From contig JAKAEA010000001.1 of assembly GCA_021818465.1 (NCBI GenBank), positions 41,972 to 105,971 on the forward strand: a DNA stretch of 64,000 nucleotides. The letters are read 5' to 3'. The notes below the pieces were generated by a model. It was given only the letters and a program-made list of their open reading frames with translations. It did not search any database and was not told where the DNA came from. Below are positions 47,681 to 58,469 of this stretch, in pieces (within the stretch, counting starts at the first letter, position 1; the number at the start of each line of letters is the position of its first letter). A program made the translations under genes and the position numbers. The stretch is from a bacterium. Lineage in GTDB: Bacteria; Patescibacteriota; Minisyncoccia; Phycocordibacterales; JAKAEA01.

Positions 47681-50239
47681 ATGTATATGATGAAGTATAT
47701 GCGGTTTGCTAGTGAAAAACGCCGTCTTTTGTGGCGAATATTGGGTATTGTGGGCGCTCTTTTTTTTATCTGTGCCGGCGTATTTGTTTTGTGGGTCGCT
47801 TCTCTCAAACTCCCAAGTATTTCCACCATTCCCCAACGAGCATTGGCCAGCTCCACAAAAATCTACGATCGTAATGGTGTTCTTTTATATGATCTTAATC
47901 AAAACAGTAAACAACAAGTAGTCGCATTTGATCAAATTTCTCCATACTTAAAAGAAGCAACGGTCGCGATTGAAGATCCTAATTTTTACAACGATTACGG
48001 TGTGGAGCCAATGGCTATTTTGCGAGCAATGTATGTAGATATACTAACTGGAAGTTTTAAAGAAGGAGGTTCTACCATAACTCAACAAGTAGTAAAAAAT
48101 ACTCTTCTCACTGACAATAAAAGTCTTATACGGAAAATTGAGGAGGCTATTTTGGCAGTTAAATTAAATTTCAGTACAAGTAAAGACAATATTCTTAATC
48201 TATATCTTAACAGCTCCCCATACGGTGGAAATTTATATGGCGTTGAAGAAGCGGCGCAAACATATTTTGCTACTTCATCGGCAAATGTTGATTTGGCTCA
48301 GGCTGCTTATATAGCCGCACTTCCCCAAGCACCAACGTATTATTCTCCCTATGGACAAAATAGAGCGGCTTTAGATGCTCGTAAAAATCTCGTTCTTCAA
48401 AAAATGCTGCAATATGGCTATATTACACAAGCTCAATATACTCAAGCAGTAAACGAACAGGTGGTGTTTCAACCCCAACAAAACCAAGGGATCAAAGCGC
48501 CAGCTTTTGTTATGTTTATAAAAAACTATCTTATTCAAAAATATGGCCAAGATGTTGTTAACAATGACGGATTACAAGTCACAACAACACTTGATTACAA
48601 TCTCCAAAAACAAGCTCAACAAATTGTACACCAATATGCACTAGAAAACGTTAAGAAATTTGATGCCACAAACGCTGGCATGGTCGCGATTGATCCTACT
48701 ACTGGTCAAATTTTAGTTATGGTCGGATCACGTAATTATTTTAGTAAAAACATTGACGGCCAATATAACGTAACCACAGCTCTACGCCAACCAGGTTCGA
48801 CCTTCAAGCCATTTGTCTATGAAACAGCGTTTGAGGAGGGGTATACGCCCAATACGGTGGTGTTTGATGTGCCAACTCAGTTCTCAACCTCTTGTACTTG
48901 GCAAGGTATACCACTTTCTTCCACAAGTACAAATGCTGCACCTTGTTATTCTCCAGTAAATTACGATAATAAGTTTTTGGGACCAATTTCTTTTCGTGAC
49001 GCTTTAGCCCAATCTAGAAATGTTCCATCCGTTAAAGTGCTCTACTTAGCAGGGTTAGATAAATCTCTACAAACAGCACAAAATATGGGTATATCCACTC
49101 TTTCAGGTGCAGATAAATACGGTTTGACGCTTGTTTTAGGTGGCGGTGAAGTAACACTCTTACAAATGACTAGTGCATACGGTGTTTTTGCTGATAATGG
49201 TATTAGAAATCCTTACACAGGTATTTTAAAAATTGAGGATAAATATGGCCACGTTTTAGAACAATACCAACCAGACCCACAACAAGTATTACCCCTTCAA
49301 CCAACCTTAGAATTAAATAATGTTCTGAGTGACAACAACGCTCGTATGCCACTCAATGGCCCAGGATCAGCGACTGATTTTCCTAACAGAGACGTTGCTC
49401 TAAAAACAGGGACAACAAACGACGATCGCGATACATGGACTATTGGTTATACTCCCCAAATTGTCGTTGGTGTTTGGGCTGGTAACAACAACAACACACC
49501 TATGCACCAAATATCAGGATTAATTGCCGCACCGATGTGGCGCGCTTTTATGAATGTAGTATTGGATCAACTTCCACAAGTTAATTTTCAACAACCTAAT
49601 CCAATAAACCCCAATCTTAAACCTATCCTTCGTGGATTCTGGCAAGGTAATCAAACTTATTTTATTAACAAAACATCTGGTCAACTAGCCACAAGCTATA
49701 CACCAGCAATGGATCGTAAAGAAGTTTCTATACCAAATATCCACAATATTCTCTATTGGGTTAACCCTAGCGACCCTACTGGTCCTCCTCCCACAAACCC
49801 AGCATTAGACCCACAATACAACCTATGGGAACCAGCAGTTCAACAATGGGTATCTACCCACATGAATCAACTCAATATAGGCCCAGCAACCCCTCCCACC
49901 CAAACAGACACCTTTCACACCGCCGCCACAATACCAACAATTTCCATTACCTCTCCCCAGCCAAATTCAACACTTACTGCTGGCCAATCAACAAAAATAA
50001 CTCTCAATTATCATAGTGTCTTTCCTATAACCCAAGCCGATCTTTATTTCAACGGTAATTTAATAGACACCCAAACAACCCCCCCATTCTCTTTCAGATT
50101 TACCCCCCAAATCAGTTCTTCAACTATAAGTTCATCAACAAGTTCTAGTACCCCTCTCCTTGGCACAATCAGTGTTGATGTTGTCGATATGTACGATAAC
50201 ACCGCTAGCACATCTCTACCTGTATATATATCAAACTAA
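47681..50239 (+). CDS. class A penicillin-binding protein (glycosyltransferase plus transpeptidase)
   Basis: GT51 motifs (EDPNFY, GGSTITQQ), transpeptidase STFKP and KTGTT, N-terminal TM, C-terminal Ser/Thr-rich extension. Confidence 0.88.
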   Translation: MYMMKYMRFASEKRRLLWRILGIVGALFFICAGVFVLWVASLKLPSISTIPQRALASSTKIYDRNGVLLYDLNQNSKQQVVAFDQISPYLKEATVAIEDPNFYNDYGVEPMAILRAMYVDILTGSFKEGGSTITQQVVKNTLLTDNKSLIRKIEEAILAVKLNFSTSKDNILNLYLNSSPYGGNLYGVEEAAQTYFATSSANVDLAQAAYIAALPQAPTYYSPYGQNRAALDARKNLVLQKMLQYGYITQAQYTQAVNEQVVFQPQQNQGIKAPAFVMFIKNYLIQKYGQDVVNNDGLQVTTTLDYNLQKQAQQIVHQYALENVKKFDATNAGMVAIDPTTGQILVMVGSRNYFSKNIDGQYNVTTALRQPGSTFKPFVYETAFEEGYTPNTVVFDVPTQFSTSCTWQGIPLSSTSTNAAPCYSPVNYDNKFLGPISFRDALAQSRNVPSVKVLYLAGLDKSLQTAQNMGISTLSGADKYGLTLVLGGGEVTLLQMTSAYGVFADNGIRNPYTGILKIEDKYGHVLEQYQPDPQQVLPLQPTLELNNVLSDNNARMPLNGPGSATDFPNRDVALKTGTTNDDRDTWTIGYTPQIVVGVWAGNNNNTPMHQISGLIAAPMWRAFMNVVLDQLPQVNFQQPNPINPNLKPILRGFWQGNQTYFINKTSGQLATSYTPAMDRKEVSIPNIHNILYWVNPSDPTGPPPTNPALDPQYNLWEPAVQQWVSTHMNQLNIGPATPPTQTDTFHTAATIPTISITSPQPNSTLTAGQSTKITLNYHSVFPITQADLYFNGNLIDTQTTPPFSFRFTPQISSSTISSSTSSSTPLLGTISVDVVDMYDNTASTSLPVYISN

Positions 50240-50490
50240 AAACGAATGTCTTTTATAGAAACATTTTGTTTTTTGAGATCGTTTAAAATGTTTTGTTTCG
50301 CGATAAATATTTTATTTTTTATGTTTTGATTTGCTTGTATTTTAACAACAGCGTCTTTTATAAGTATTTCCTCTTCAGTAATGGGTATATGATATGTCAT
50401 AACACAAATATCAATAAATTTTTTCTTAAGATCAAAGTTTACGGATAAAATTTTTCTAAATTTTAAAAAGAAAGTATCTCCAAGTTGCAT
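50236..50490 (-). CDS. DUF721/DciA-like small protein
   Basis: Small basic protein immediately downstream of dnaN, the conserved DUF721 position. Confidence 0.4.
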   Translation of the reverse strand: MQLGDTFFLKFRKILSVNFDLKKKFIDICVMTYHIPITEEEILIKDAVVKIQANQNIKNKIFIAKQNILNDLKKQNVSIKDIRF

Positions 50491-50495
50491 AGAAA

Positions 50496-51605
50496 CTATT
50501 TATTTATAGGCATCACAAGATACAAAAAAGAATGGTCATTAATACCACGTATCACAAGTGGTCTACTTAAACCATTAAACTCTAAAGAAATACTGTCCGC
50601 ATCAATAGAACTGAGAGAATCGGAGATATATTTATGATTAAAATTAATATTTAAATCTTCCCCCTCACAAACAGCCTCAAGAGTATTAGAACTTTCTCCA
50701 ACATCTGGATTTTGTGCGGTTATAATAAATTTCTTCTTTCCGGGATAAATAGAAAAAGATAATTTATTAAACTTATCAGAAAAAATAGTGGTTGTTTTTA
50801 AACTACTAATAAAATCTTGCTTAAGAAGAGTTACTGTGGTTTTGGCCTCTTTGGGAATAATTTGCTTATAATCAGGAAATGTTCCATCAATAATACGAGA
50901 GGTTAAATATAAACCATTCGCATCTTCAAAAGCGATTTGGTTTTTATTAACAATAATTTTTATTTCACCTTTAATTTGCTCTAAAATCCTAATAATCTCA
51001 GGGATATTTCTGATTGGGATAAGGAGAGTGGGTATTTCTATTGTTTTTTTGAGGTGTATTTTTTTCTCAGCCAAACGAAAGGAATCGGTTGCTGTAAAAA
51101 CAAGAGATCCGTTTTCAGAATGGATATACACACTAGAAAGCTCTGGTTTTATACTCGAAACAGCGGAACTATACCAAACTGATTTTAAACCATAAACAAA
51201 ATCATTAGAGTGAATTGAAAATATTTTACTATCTTGTTGAGTAAGAACAGGAATTGTTGGAAAATCATCTGGATTTAATGTTTTAATTACTGTTGAAATA
51301 TGAGGGGTTACTACTTTAATAGTCTCTTCAGTTGTTTCTAAAACAATATTTTTTGTTTGTGGTAGATTAGTAATAAAAGAATTTAGAATAGATCCAGGAA
51401 CCACCACAATTCCAGGTTGCTCTATTTTTACAGAAATTTTTATTTCTAGACCCAAATCAAGATTAGTAGATTTAACAATAAGCTCATTGTTTTTAGCTTC
51501 CAGAAAAATACCACTTAAAATTGGTAACGTACTATTTTTCCCAGTAATTTTTTCTGCTCGGTTTATTACATCGACTAATTTATCTTTTACACACTCTATT
51601 TTCAT
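50496..51605 (-). CDS. dnaN: DNA polymerase III beta sliding clamp
   Basis: Three-domain clamp architecture, MKIECVKDKL start, position after dnaA. Confidence 0.88.
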   Translation of the reverse strand: MKIECVKDKLVDVINRAEKITGKNSTLPILSGIFLEAKNNELIVKSTNLDLGLEIKISVKIEQPGIVVVPGSILNSFITNLPQTKNIVLETTEETIKVVTPHISTVIKTLNPDDFPTIPVLTQQDSKIFSIHSNDFVYGLKSVWYSSAVSSIKPELSSVYIHSENGSLVFTATDSFRLAEKKIHLKKTIEIPTLLIPIRNIPEIIRILEQIKGEIKIIVNKNQIAFEDANGLYLTSRIIDGTFPDYKQIIPKEAKTTVTLLKQDFISSLKTTTIFSDKFNKLSFSIYPGKKKFIITAQNPDVGESSNTLEAVCEGEDLNINFNHKYISDSLSSIDADSISLEFNGLSRPLVIRGINDHSFLYLVMPINK

Positions 51606-51826
51606 TTATTATATATAAATACTTATTATTACTATTAGTGGTGTGGATATGGTGATTTCTTTATAAAATCCTTATTTCCTAGTGTATTTTTACTTTTATT
51701 TTTTCCCCAATATACCAACATTATCAACAAATATTTTTTTTGCAAATACACTATACTTTTTTATACACCTAAATTGTTTTAATAAACACAACTAATAATG
51801 TAATTTTCCACAGTTTTATTAACAAA
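51606..51826. other. AT-rich dnaA-dnaN intergenic region with DnaA-box-like motifs
   Basis: TGTGGATAT, TTATCAACA and TTTTCCACA 9-mers. Very AT-rich. Confidence 0.4.
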
Positions 51827-53173
51827 TTAAATCATAGATTTAATTTGTTTCAATTCTTCCATTAGAAAATGATCTGTTTTTAATTCATTTTTAATTTTTT
51901 CACATGAATGAATTACTGTTGTGTGATCCCTTCCCCCTAGTTTTTGACCAATAGATGGATATGATTCATCAAATTCTTCTCTAAGGATATACATAATAAC
52001 TTGACGGGGTTTCACCACCTCCTTTCTTCTACTCTTTTCGTAAATCATTGATTCTTTTATATTATAAAAATCAGCAATTGTTTTAACAATATCTTTTGAT
52101 GATACTTTACGTTCAGGTTTAATACTGTTTTTGGTTATGTTTTTTATTTCATTAATACTAAGATCACGACCACGGTGTTTTGTTTGCATAATAACCGCAT
52201 TAAGAATCCCCTCTAGTTCTCGAATATTTCCATCAACGCTAGAGGCTATAAAATCAACAACTTCATTGGGAACGGTAAAGTTTTGTTGCTGAGCTTTTTG
52301 TTGGAGAATAGCAACACGAGATTCTATGTCTGGGTGAGGAATATCAACAACCATACCTGCAGAAAATCTTGATTTTAAGCGGTTTTCTAAGTTTTGTATA
52401 AAATTAGGGTGTTTATCTGAAGAAAAGATAATTTGTTTATTATCATCATAAAAACTGTTAAAAAGATGGAAAAGTTCTTCCTGACTCTTTTCTTTGCCAG
52501 AAAGAAACTGAACATCATCCATAATAATGACATCGTATGCCCTGTATTTTTCTTTGAATGTGTTTGCGCGTTCTTGTTGAACCGCATTAATATAATCAAT
52601 AGCAAATTTTTCTGAAGTGATGTAATACACTTTCTTTGTGGAATTTGTTTTTATGTAATTTCCAACAGCTTGAATGAGGTGTGTTTTACCACGCCCAGTA
52701 TCGCCATATACAAATAAAGGATTATAGGAAATCCCAGGTTTTTTTGAAACAACCACAGCTGCTGTGTGCGCAAGTTCATTAAAAGGTCCGATAACAAAAC
52801 TCTCAAAAGTATAACGTGGGTTTAAATTATCATCTTTGTTAATGTAATAATCAGCCAAGGGTAATTCACTTGTTGGGTTAAAATAAACCGCTTTAGTTTG
52901 CTCTTTAGTGTGTTTGGTATCGCTATTTTTAGTAATAATATATTCAATATTTCGTACCTCAATAGTGTTACGTAAACATTTAATTAAAAATTTATGGAAT
53001 TTATTAAGTAACCAATCTTTAACAAATATATTTGGCACGCTTAAATAAACAACACCGTCTTCAATTTTTAAAATATAGGTTTCTTTAAACCACATTGAAA
53101 AATTAGCTTTTGAAACAGTTAATTCAACCTCAACTAATGCTGAATCCCAGAGCTTTTTTAAGTCGATCGGCAT
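51827..53173 (-). CDS. dnaA: chromosomal replication initiator DnaA
   Basis: AAA+ Walker A GDTGRGKTHL, DnaA box-binding C-terminal HTH. Confidence 0.95.
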   Translation of the reverse strand: MPIDLKKLWDSALVEVELTVSKANFSMWFKETYILKIEDGVVYLSVPNIFVKDWLLNKFHKFLIKCLRNTIEVRNIEYIITKNSDTKHTKEQTKAVYFNPTSELPLADYYINKDDNLNPRYTFESFVIGPFNELAHTAAVVVSKKPGISYNPLFVYGDTGRGKTHLIQAVGNYIKTNSTKKVYYITSEKFAIDYINAVQQERANTFKEKYRAYDVIIMDDVQFLSGKEKSQEELFHLFNSFYDDNKQIIFSSDKHPNFIQNLENRLKSRFSAGMVVDIPHPDIESRVAILQQKAQQQNFTVPNEVVDFIASSVDGNIRELEGILNAVIMQTKHRGRDLSINEIKNITKNSIKPERKVSSKDIVKTIADFYNIKESMIYEKSRRKEVVKPRQVIMYILREEFDESYPSIGQKLGGRDHTTVIHSCEKIKNELKTDHFLMEELKQIKSMI

Positions 53174-53306
53174 ATGAGATAAAAATAAAGGGTAATTAAA
53201 ATAAAAATAAAATTTCTCTAATTATATCTCTGCAAAAGACAACGGGAACTTGTAAATGGTGTGTAAGTATGTTGATAAATTGTGGATATCATGCTAACCT
53301 ACTCGC
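53174..53306. other. candidate oriC (between divergent dnaA and rpmH)
   Basis: DnaA-box-like TGTGGATAT and TGTTGATAA, AT-rich. Gene orientation switches here (minus-strand genes to the left, plus-strand genes to the right). Confidence 0.55.
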
Positions 53307-53441
53307 ATGTCTACAACATATCAACCTAAAAAAACAAAACGAAATAAAACACATGGTTTTTTAGTTCGTCAAAAAACCCGTTTTGGACGTAATACTATTA
53401 AACGTCGCCGGGCTAAGGGGCGAAGACGTTTAGCGGTATAA
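53307..53441 (+). CDS. rpmH: 50S ribosomal protein L34
   Basis: 44-aa basic protein [30 protein letters not shown]..., missed by the ORF track because it is shorter than 60 aa. Confidence 0.85.
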   Translation: MSTTYQPKKTKRNKTHGFLVRQKTRFGRNTIKRRRAKGRRRLAV

Positions 53442-53448
53442 ATACACT

Positions 53449-53793
53449 GTGTTTTCTCGATCGCAAAGAATTTCCAGTTCGTTATTACAAGATATTTTGT
53501 CAAAAGGGCGCGTTAGTAGTTCCCCCCATTTTTCTGTGGTAATAGTTAAAAATATTTCTCAAGGGCCAAAAATAGCCGTTTTAGTATCAAAAAAGGTTGC
53601 CCACAGTGCTGTGTATAGAAACAAATTACGTCGCCAGGCACGATCAAAAATTAAGAGTTTTTTAGAGGAAAAAAAAATTACACCTAACGTAGGAATGATT
53701 ATTTTAGTACATATGGGTTGGCATGGGTCCTTTCCAACCACTTTTGAAGAGGAGATACAAAAACTTTTACTAAAAACAAAAGTGGTAGTATAA
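53449..53793 (+). CDS. rnpA: ribonuclease P protein component
   Basis: Basic protein following rpmH, with an RNKLRRQAR motif. Confidence 0.7.
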   Translation: MFSRSQRISSSLLQDILSKGRVSSSPHFSVVIVKNISQGPKIAVLVSKKVAHSAVYRNKLRRQARSKIKSFLEEKKITPNVGMIILVHMGWHGSFPTTFEEEIQKLLLKTKVVV

Positions 53794-53803
53794 AAGAGTA
53801 TAT

Positions 53804-54523
53804 ATGGGTAATATTTTTACAATTATTTTCTACATCCCCCTCTATAATGCATTAATTTTTTGCATTAATTTTTTGTCTTTTCATAATGCGGGGCTCGCAG
53901 TGGTTGTTTTAACGCTTATTATTAGAATTATACTCTTTCCCCTATCGCGCCAAGCTATAAAAACCCAACTTCAAATGAAGTTGGTTGAACCGGAATTAAA
54001 AAAAATCCGAGAAACGATTAAAGATAAACAAGAGCAAGCAAAACAAACCATGCAGGTGTATAAAAATAGCGGCATTAATCCTTTTGCGAGCATCATCCTT
54101 CTCATTATTCAATTACCCATCCTTATCGCTCTCTATCAGGTATTTCGTAGCAGTCTTCCTAAGGTTACCTTATCAATCCTCTATCCTTTTATTACTGCCC
54201 CAGGGGTGGTATATATGAGTTTTTTAGGAATAAATCTTACGAGTAGCAGTATTGTATTAGCGATCGTGGCAGTAATAACACAATTTATACAACTCCAACT
54301 GTCACTACCAAAAGTGGAAAAATCAAAAGAACGTTCATTCCAAAACGATCTCGCTTACAATATGAATGTTCAAATGAAGTATATTTTCCCCCTTATTATT
54401 TTTCCCATCGCGTACATTTCTTCTGTTTTAGCTTTATATCTTATTACCACTAACATTTTTATGACCTTTCAGGAGATTTTTGTGCGACGTCGTATGGCTC
54501 AAAAATACACTAAACCAGTCTAG
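53804..54523 (+). CDS. yidC: membrane protein insertase YidC (short Oxa1-like form)
   Basis: Five-TM 60-kDa-IMP core. Sits at the end of the rpmH-rnpA-yidC synteny block. Confidence 0.8.
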   Translation: MGNIFTIIFYIPLYNALIFCINFLSFHNAGLAVVVLTLIIRIILFPLSRQAIKTQLQMKLVEPELKKIRETIKDKQEQAKQTMQVYKNSGINPFASIILLIIQLPILIALYQVFRSSLPKVTLSILYPFITAPGVVYMSFLGINLTSSSIVLAIVAVITQFIQLQLSLPKVEKSKERSFQNDLAYNMNVQMKYIFPLIIFPIAYISSVLALYLITTNIFMTFQEIFVRRRMAQKYTKPV

Positions 54524-54525
54524 CG

Positions 54526-55764
54526 TTATTGAAGTCGTAATGCCCAAAGAGATAAATCTATTTTATTGGTAAAAATTAAAAAGTCGTTGTTGGGAGAAAC
54601 CATAAGATTTTCAGCATCAATTGGTTGACCAGCTTGTTGACTAATGGTCCCTATTTGAATTGATTGACCAGTGGTTGCGTTAATACTGTATATGCTATCA
54701 GAGAATGACACCAAACCTTGATACCATGCGTCAGGATAATTTCCACCAGGTAAACTATTAGGGACAGCACAATATAAGATGGTTGTTTGAGTTGGAGACC
54801 ATGCGCATTTATTTGCAATAGTAGCTAGTCCAGTGTTAATGGTAGTGTTTGATTTTATATCAAACATGGACAAGGTTGGGTTGCCGTCGGAGTACGCTAC
54901 TAGAGTGCCTGTGGGGTTTACGTTGGTAACCAAACCGGGAATATCACCTAATATTCTCTGCAAAGTCCCTTTAGTAGAGAGAAAATAAAGATATCCGTTC
55001 ACACCATTAGAGGCTTTTGTTGAAAGAGCTATCGTGGATGTAGTGGGCCATTGAATGTTCCAATCGCTTATTGGTGAAGAAAAGATGGTGGAATTATTGT
55101 TGGTGGTATAGTTTGTTATTTTACCAATGACGCCAGATGCACTTTCTATAAGATAAAAAATTTGATTTCCAGTAGGGTTTGTGGCGATTGCCTCTATGTC
55201 GTCAGGTAAAAAAGTTCCGGTTATTGATGAAAAAGTCGGAGTTGATGTGCTCGCTTCTTTAGATGCTCCGAGTGTTGCACTATATGTCTTAATAGTACTC
55301 TGATTATTATCAAGATACTGTAGGATGGTGGTGCTACCATTTAACCATAGAGAACGATATATTTGAGGAATTGTTTGATCGGAAAGCTCGTTTGTAACGA
55401 CAGCAGATGATGTGGCTAGTGAAATTGAATATATATGCCCAGTAGCTCGATCGGTAAATCTAACAAATTCACCATCTTTTTTTGTGGCAAAAATACCTGC
55501 GCCTGCAATGGGTAATGGATATAATTGTGTTAATGGTTGTATAGTAATAGGTGTTGTGGAAGTGCCGGTAGAAGCGCCATTAAGCGTATTGGGCGGTTGA
55601 CTATTGATCGAATTACTAAGAGGGAAAGGCTGGTAGTTGCTAGAAGAGTTTGAGTTGTTTTGTTGATTTTGGTTTGTTGCATGATGAAAAAAGAGTGTGT
55701 ATATCGCAACTCCTGCCGCAATAAGAAAGAAAATTATTGCAATAATAAATATTTTTTTTAGCAT
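54526..55764 (-). CDS. hypothetical secreted/membrane-anchored protein (beta-rich, Ser/Thr/Asn-rich)
   Basis: N-terminal TM. Last gene of the long minus-strand VirB4 operon. Confidence 0.35.
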   Translation of the reverse strand: MLKKIFIIAIIFFLIAAGVAIYTLFFHHATNQNQQNNSNSSSNYQPFPLSNSINSQPPNTLNGASTGTSTTPITIQPLTQLYPLPIAGAGIFATKKDGEFVRFTDRATGHIYSISLATSSAVVTNELSDQTIPQIYRSLWLNGSTTILQYLDNNQSTIKTYSATLGASKEASTSTPTFSSITGTFLPDDIEAIATNPTGNQIFYLIESASGVIGKITNYTTNNNSTIFSSPISDWNIQWPTTSTIALSTKASNGVNGYLYFLSTKGTLQRILGDIPGLVTNVNPTGTLVAYSDGNPTLSMFDIKSNTTINTGLATIANKCAWSPTQTTILYCAVPNSLPGGNYPDAWYQGLVSFSDSIYSINATTGQSIQIGTISQQAGQPIDAENLMVSPNNDFLIFTNKIDLSLWALRLQ

Positions 55765-55774
55765 ATAATTTTAA

Positions 55775-57385
55775 TTAATGTAAACACTGGACAACACCCG
55801 ATGCGCCATTATTAACCCCTTCCACTGTCTGGTTTGTTCCACTGTTATTGATTACTGTATTAACCCAAAACGTGTGAAAACCGTAAATGGTATTCAATGG
55901 ATTATTATTTTTATATACACAAGAATTTTTATCGCACATAACTTGTTTACTCGGTGTACTACTAAAATTCGGTGTATTTTTGGTTTGATTGGTAGGATTA
56001 AAGTATACGTCAAAATTTTTATATAAATTCGGGTTTGGATTATTCCAAGTAATAGTAAGTCCACCTGGCCCTATGTAAGAATTAGAGGGATTATTTCCTT
56101 GGAGTTTACATGAAGCCTGCAGGTTAGTTACTTGGGGAAGTGTTTGACAAGTGACGGGGTTAGCGTTTGTTACCTGAGAGGTGGAAATTGTTTGCCCGCC
56201 ATATTGAAACTGGCCTATATTTACTGACATCGCATTAACCCATACACAGTAGGTGTTACCTGGAACAGCTTGAAATACTGGACATCCAAATGTTCCCGTT
56301 GAGCTGTCTATTTTACAATCCTCAGTTGTTGTTTGAGGGTTGTTCGTATAATTACTACCACTGTTGCATGTATTAATGTGGGCGGTGTAATCGCTTACAC
56401 CGGCCGTTGCGTCCCCAATAATAAGAAGGCCATCTTGAGCGTTACAACTAGCAACGACTTTTTTAGGCGGCGCTAGTTTGCAGGTGAATGTTGTACCAGC
56501 CGACGGTCCTTCTGTTCCATCTGTATAGAGAGCACTCATCCAAACACTATATACTTGATCTGTTGTAATGGCGGTGTATGGGATTTGGGCAGCAAAAGTG
56601 ATTGGGGTACCAGCAGTTACCCCTCCTTGTTGATTTTTAAATGTCTCAAAACCGGAACTTTTATTATTGTAATTAGAACCGGGCGATACATACACATTGT
56701 ATTTTGTTTGTGGTGTAGCGTTAGGCATATTCCATGTAAGGTAAAATCCTGTTCCAGGTACACAGGAATTTACTTGAATATTGGAGGGCATTTGTTTTGA
56801 TGTTGAAGAAGCAAGATTTGTTGCGGTTCCTTGGATAGAAGAAATTGTGGTAAAGGGATTATTTAATAAATTTGGATTAATGGTGACAATGAGAATGTAA
56901 GAAAAAGCCAGTAACAGTAGACCAAAAACAGAATTTTTAATAATAGCCAAACCCTTTTGTTGCTGGTTTACATTATCTACTGCTGTCATTTTTATAATAC
57001 CGCCATAAACAATGAAAAAAACAGCAAGTACAACACCCAAGCTGACTAGTATTTCAGCAATGGTTATTATGTACGGGACAGGATTGCTGACATTGATTGA
57101 GGATAATCCTTGTCCAGTCGGGTTTGATGGATTAGGAAGCGGGGTAAGAAGTTTGTAGCAATTAAAATTACCGGAATTACTAGGAGATGAACAATCGATA
57201 TTACTCGCTGCCGATTGGGATGCTGGATTGCTTGCGGAGCTCGTTTGCGAAGTAAGTGTTGTTGGCTGTGTGCTGGTAGCGGTTACAATATGGGGCGATA
57301 TATTTTGAAGAAAAAACAAAATGCCTATACAGAGTACAGGTATGTAAATTATTTTTTTTGTAAAAATACCTTGCATGAATATCAT
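55775..57385 (-). CDS. hypothetical membrane protein with central hydrophobic hairpin and Cys-rich extracellular domain
   Basis: Signal/TM segment, then two adjacent TM helices (resembling a VirB2/TrbC-like hairpin), then about 350 aa with many Cys. Confidence 0.35.
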   Translation of the reverse strand: MIFMQGIFTKKIIYIPVLCIGILFFLQNISPHIVTATSTQPTTLTSQTSSASNPASQSAASNIDCSSPSNSGNFNCYKLLTPLPNPSNPTGQGLSSINVSNPVPYIITIAEILVSLGVVLAVFFIVYGGIIKMTAVDNVNQQQKGLAIIKNSVFGLLLLAFSYILIVTINPNLLNNPFTTISSIQGTATNLASSTSKQMPSNIQVNSCVPGTGFYLTWNMPNATPQTKYNVYVSPGSNYNNKSSGFETFKNQQGGVTAGTPITFAAQIPYTAITTDQVYSVWMSALYTDGTEGPSAGTTFTCKLAPPKKVVASCNAQDGLLIIGDATAGVSDYTAHINTCNSGSNYTNNPQTTTEDCKIDSSTGTFGCPVFQAVPGNTYCVWVNAMSVNIGQFQYGGQTISTSQVTNANPVTCQTLPQVTNLQASCKLQGNNPSNSYIGPGGLTITWNNPNPNLYKNFDVYFNPTNQTKNTPNFSSTPSKQVMCDKNSCVYKNNNPLNTIYGFHTFWVNTVINNSGTNQTVEGVNNGASGVVQCLH

Positions 57386-58419
57386 CCATTATTTCCCCCA
57401 CCAAAACCAATAGTAATACTAGCTGATCCTGTTTGAAATGCTTTCGTTCCATTAGTAACCGTTACAGATACGGTGGAATTGCCGGTTTGGCCGGATGGTG
57501 GCGCAACGTTAAGAATTTGCCCTGTTTGACCAGAGATGGTCTGATTATTCATTGTCCACGAAAAAGAAGTTTGGGTAGTATATGGCGTACTAATATCAAA
57601 AAAATACGGCATAACATCAAGACCTGTTTGATTGGTCAGTGTAAGATTTTGCCCTAAAGCTTCATTGAGTAAGAGGCCATAGAGAGGGCTTTCTTGATAG
57701 AGAATAACAGAAGGATTGGTTCCCGCTAAAGAAATACTACTTTGTGCTGATTGACTACCATCTGGAGATGTTGCCGTAACGGTAACATTAATTGGTTTAA
57801 GAAGAATACTTCCTGTTAACGTAATGGTGTTTTTACCAAAACCAGATATGTTAGACATTGCTTGGTTATCGATTTTCCAAGAATATATAGCATTTGTAGG
57901 TTGAGAGAGGGCAAAAGTAGGCATTGCGGTTATGGTTACGTTACCCTGATAAGGGAAAAGGGCTTTACCAAGGTAAAAAGGCGGAGTATAAGAATGAGCT
58001 TGCCAAAGAAGATCGACGGTCGCCGGTGTAACAGAGACATTTTTTGTAATAACGGTCCCATCTTGAAGGGTGACGACTGCTTTAATAGTTTCGGTTTTTC
58101 CAGCATTACCGGCGGTGATTTGTAGCGACGTGTCTCCCACCCCGCTACTCATTTTTACGCCATTAACCATCCAAACAATGGTTGCGGCATTTAAATTGTC
58201 TTGAAAATCTTGTAGAGAAAAAGAAATTACTTCACCCGGACTTGCATATTGAGGCGATACGGACAAACTAATGCCTCCCTGACCAACAGATGATGTTAGA
58301 TTGTTGTAATAGTTACTCGGTATGTTTAAAACATTAGAATTGGTGGTTTGAGCAAAAGCCTGAAGAGCTGGAAGACCTAGAAAAAATATTCCCATAACCA
58401 CTATGAGGGTTTTTCGCAT
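57382..58419 (-). CDS. hypothetical secreted protein
   Basis: Signal peptide (MRKTLIVVMGIFFLGLPALQAFA) and beta-rich Thr/Ser/Asn composition. Confidence 0.35.
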   Translation of the reverse strand: MRKTLIVVMGIFFLGLPALQAFAQTTNSNVLNIPSNYYNNLTSSVGQGGISLSVSPQYASPGEVISFSLQDFQDNLNAATIVWMVNGVKMSSGVGDTSLQITAGNAGKTETIKAVVTLQDGTVITKNVSVTPATVDLLWQAHSYTPPFYLGKALFPYQGNVTITAMPTFALSQPTNAIYSWKIDNQAMSNISGFGKNTITLTGSILLKPINVTVTATSPDGSQSAQSSISLAGTNPSVILYQESPLYGLLLNEALGQNLTLTNQTGLDVMPYFFDISTPYTTQTSFSWTMNNQTISGQTGQILNVAPPSGQTGNSTVSVTVTNGTKAFQTGSASITIGFGGGNNG

Positions 58420-58469
58420 GAGATTATTTTACCACATTAAAGATATTATCCCTCTCTTTAAAACCAGAA

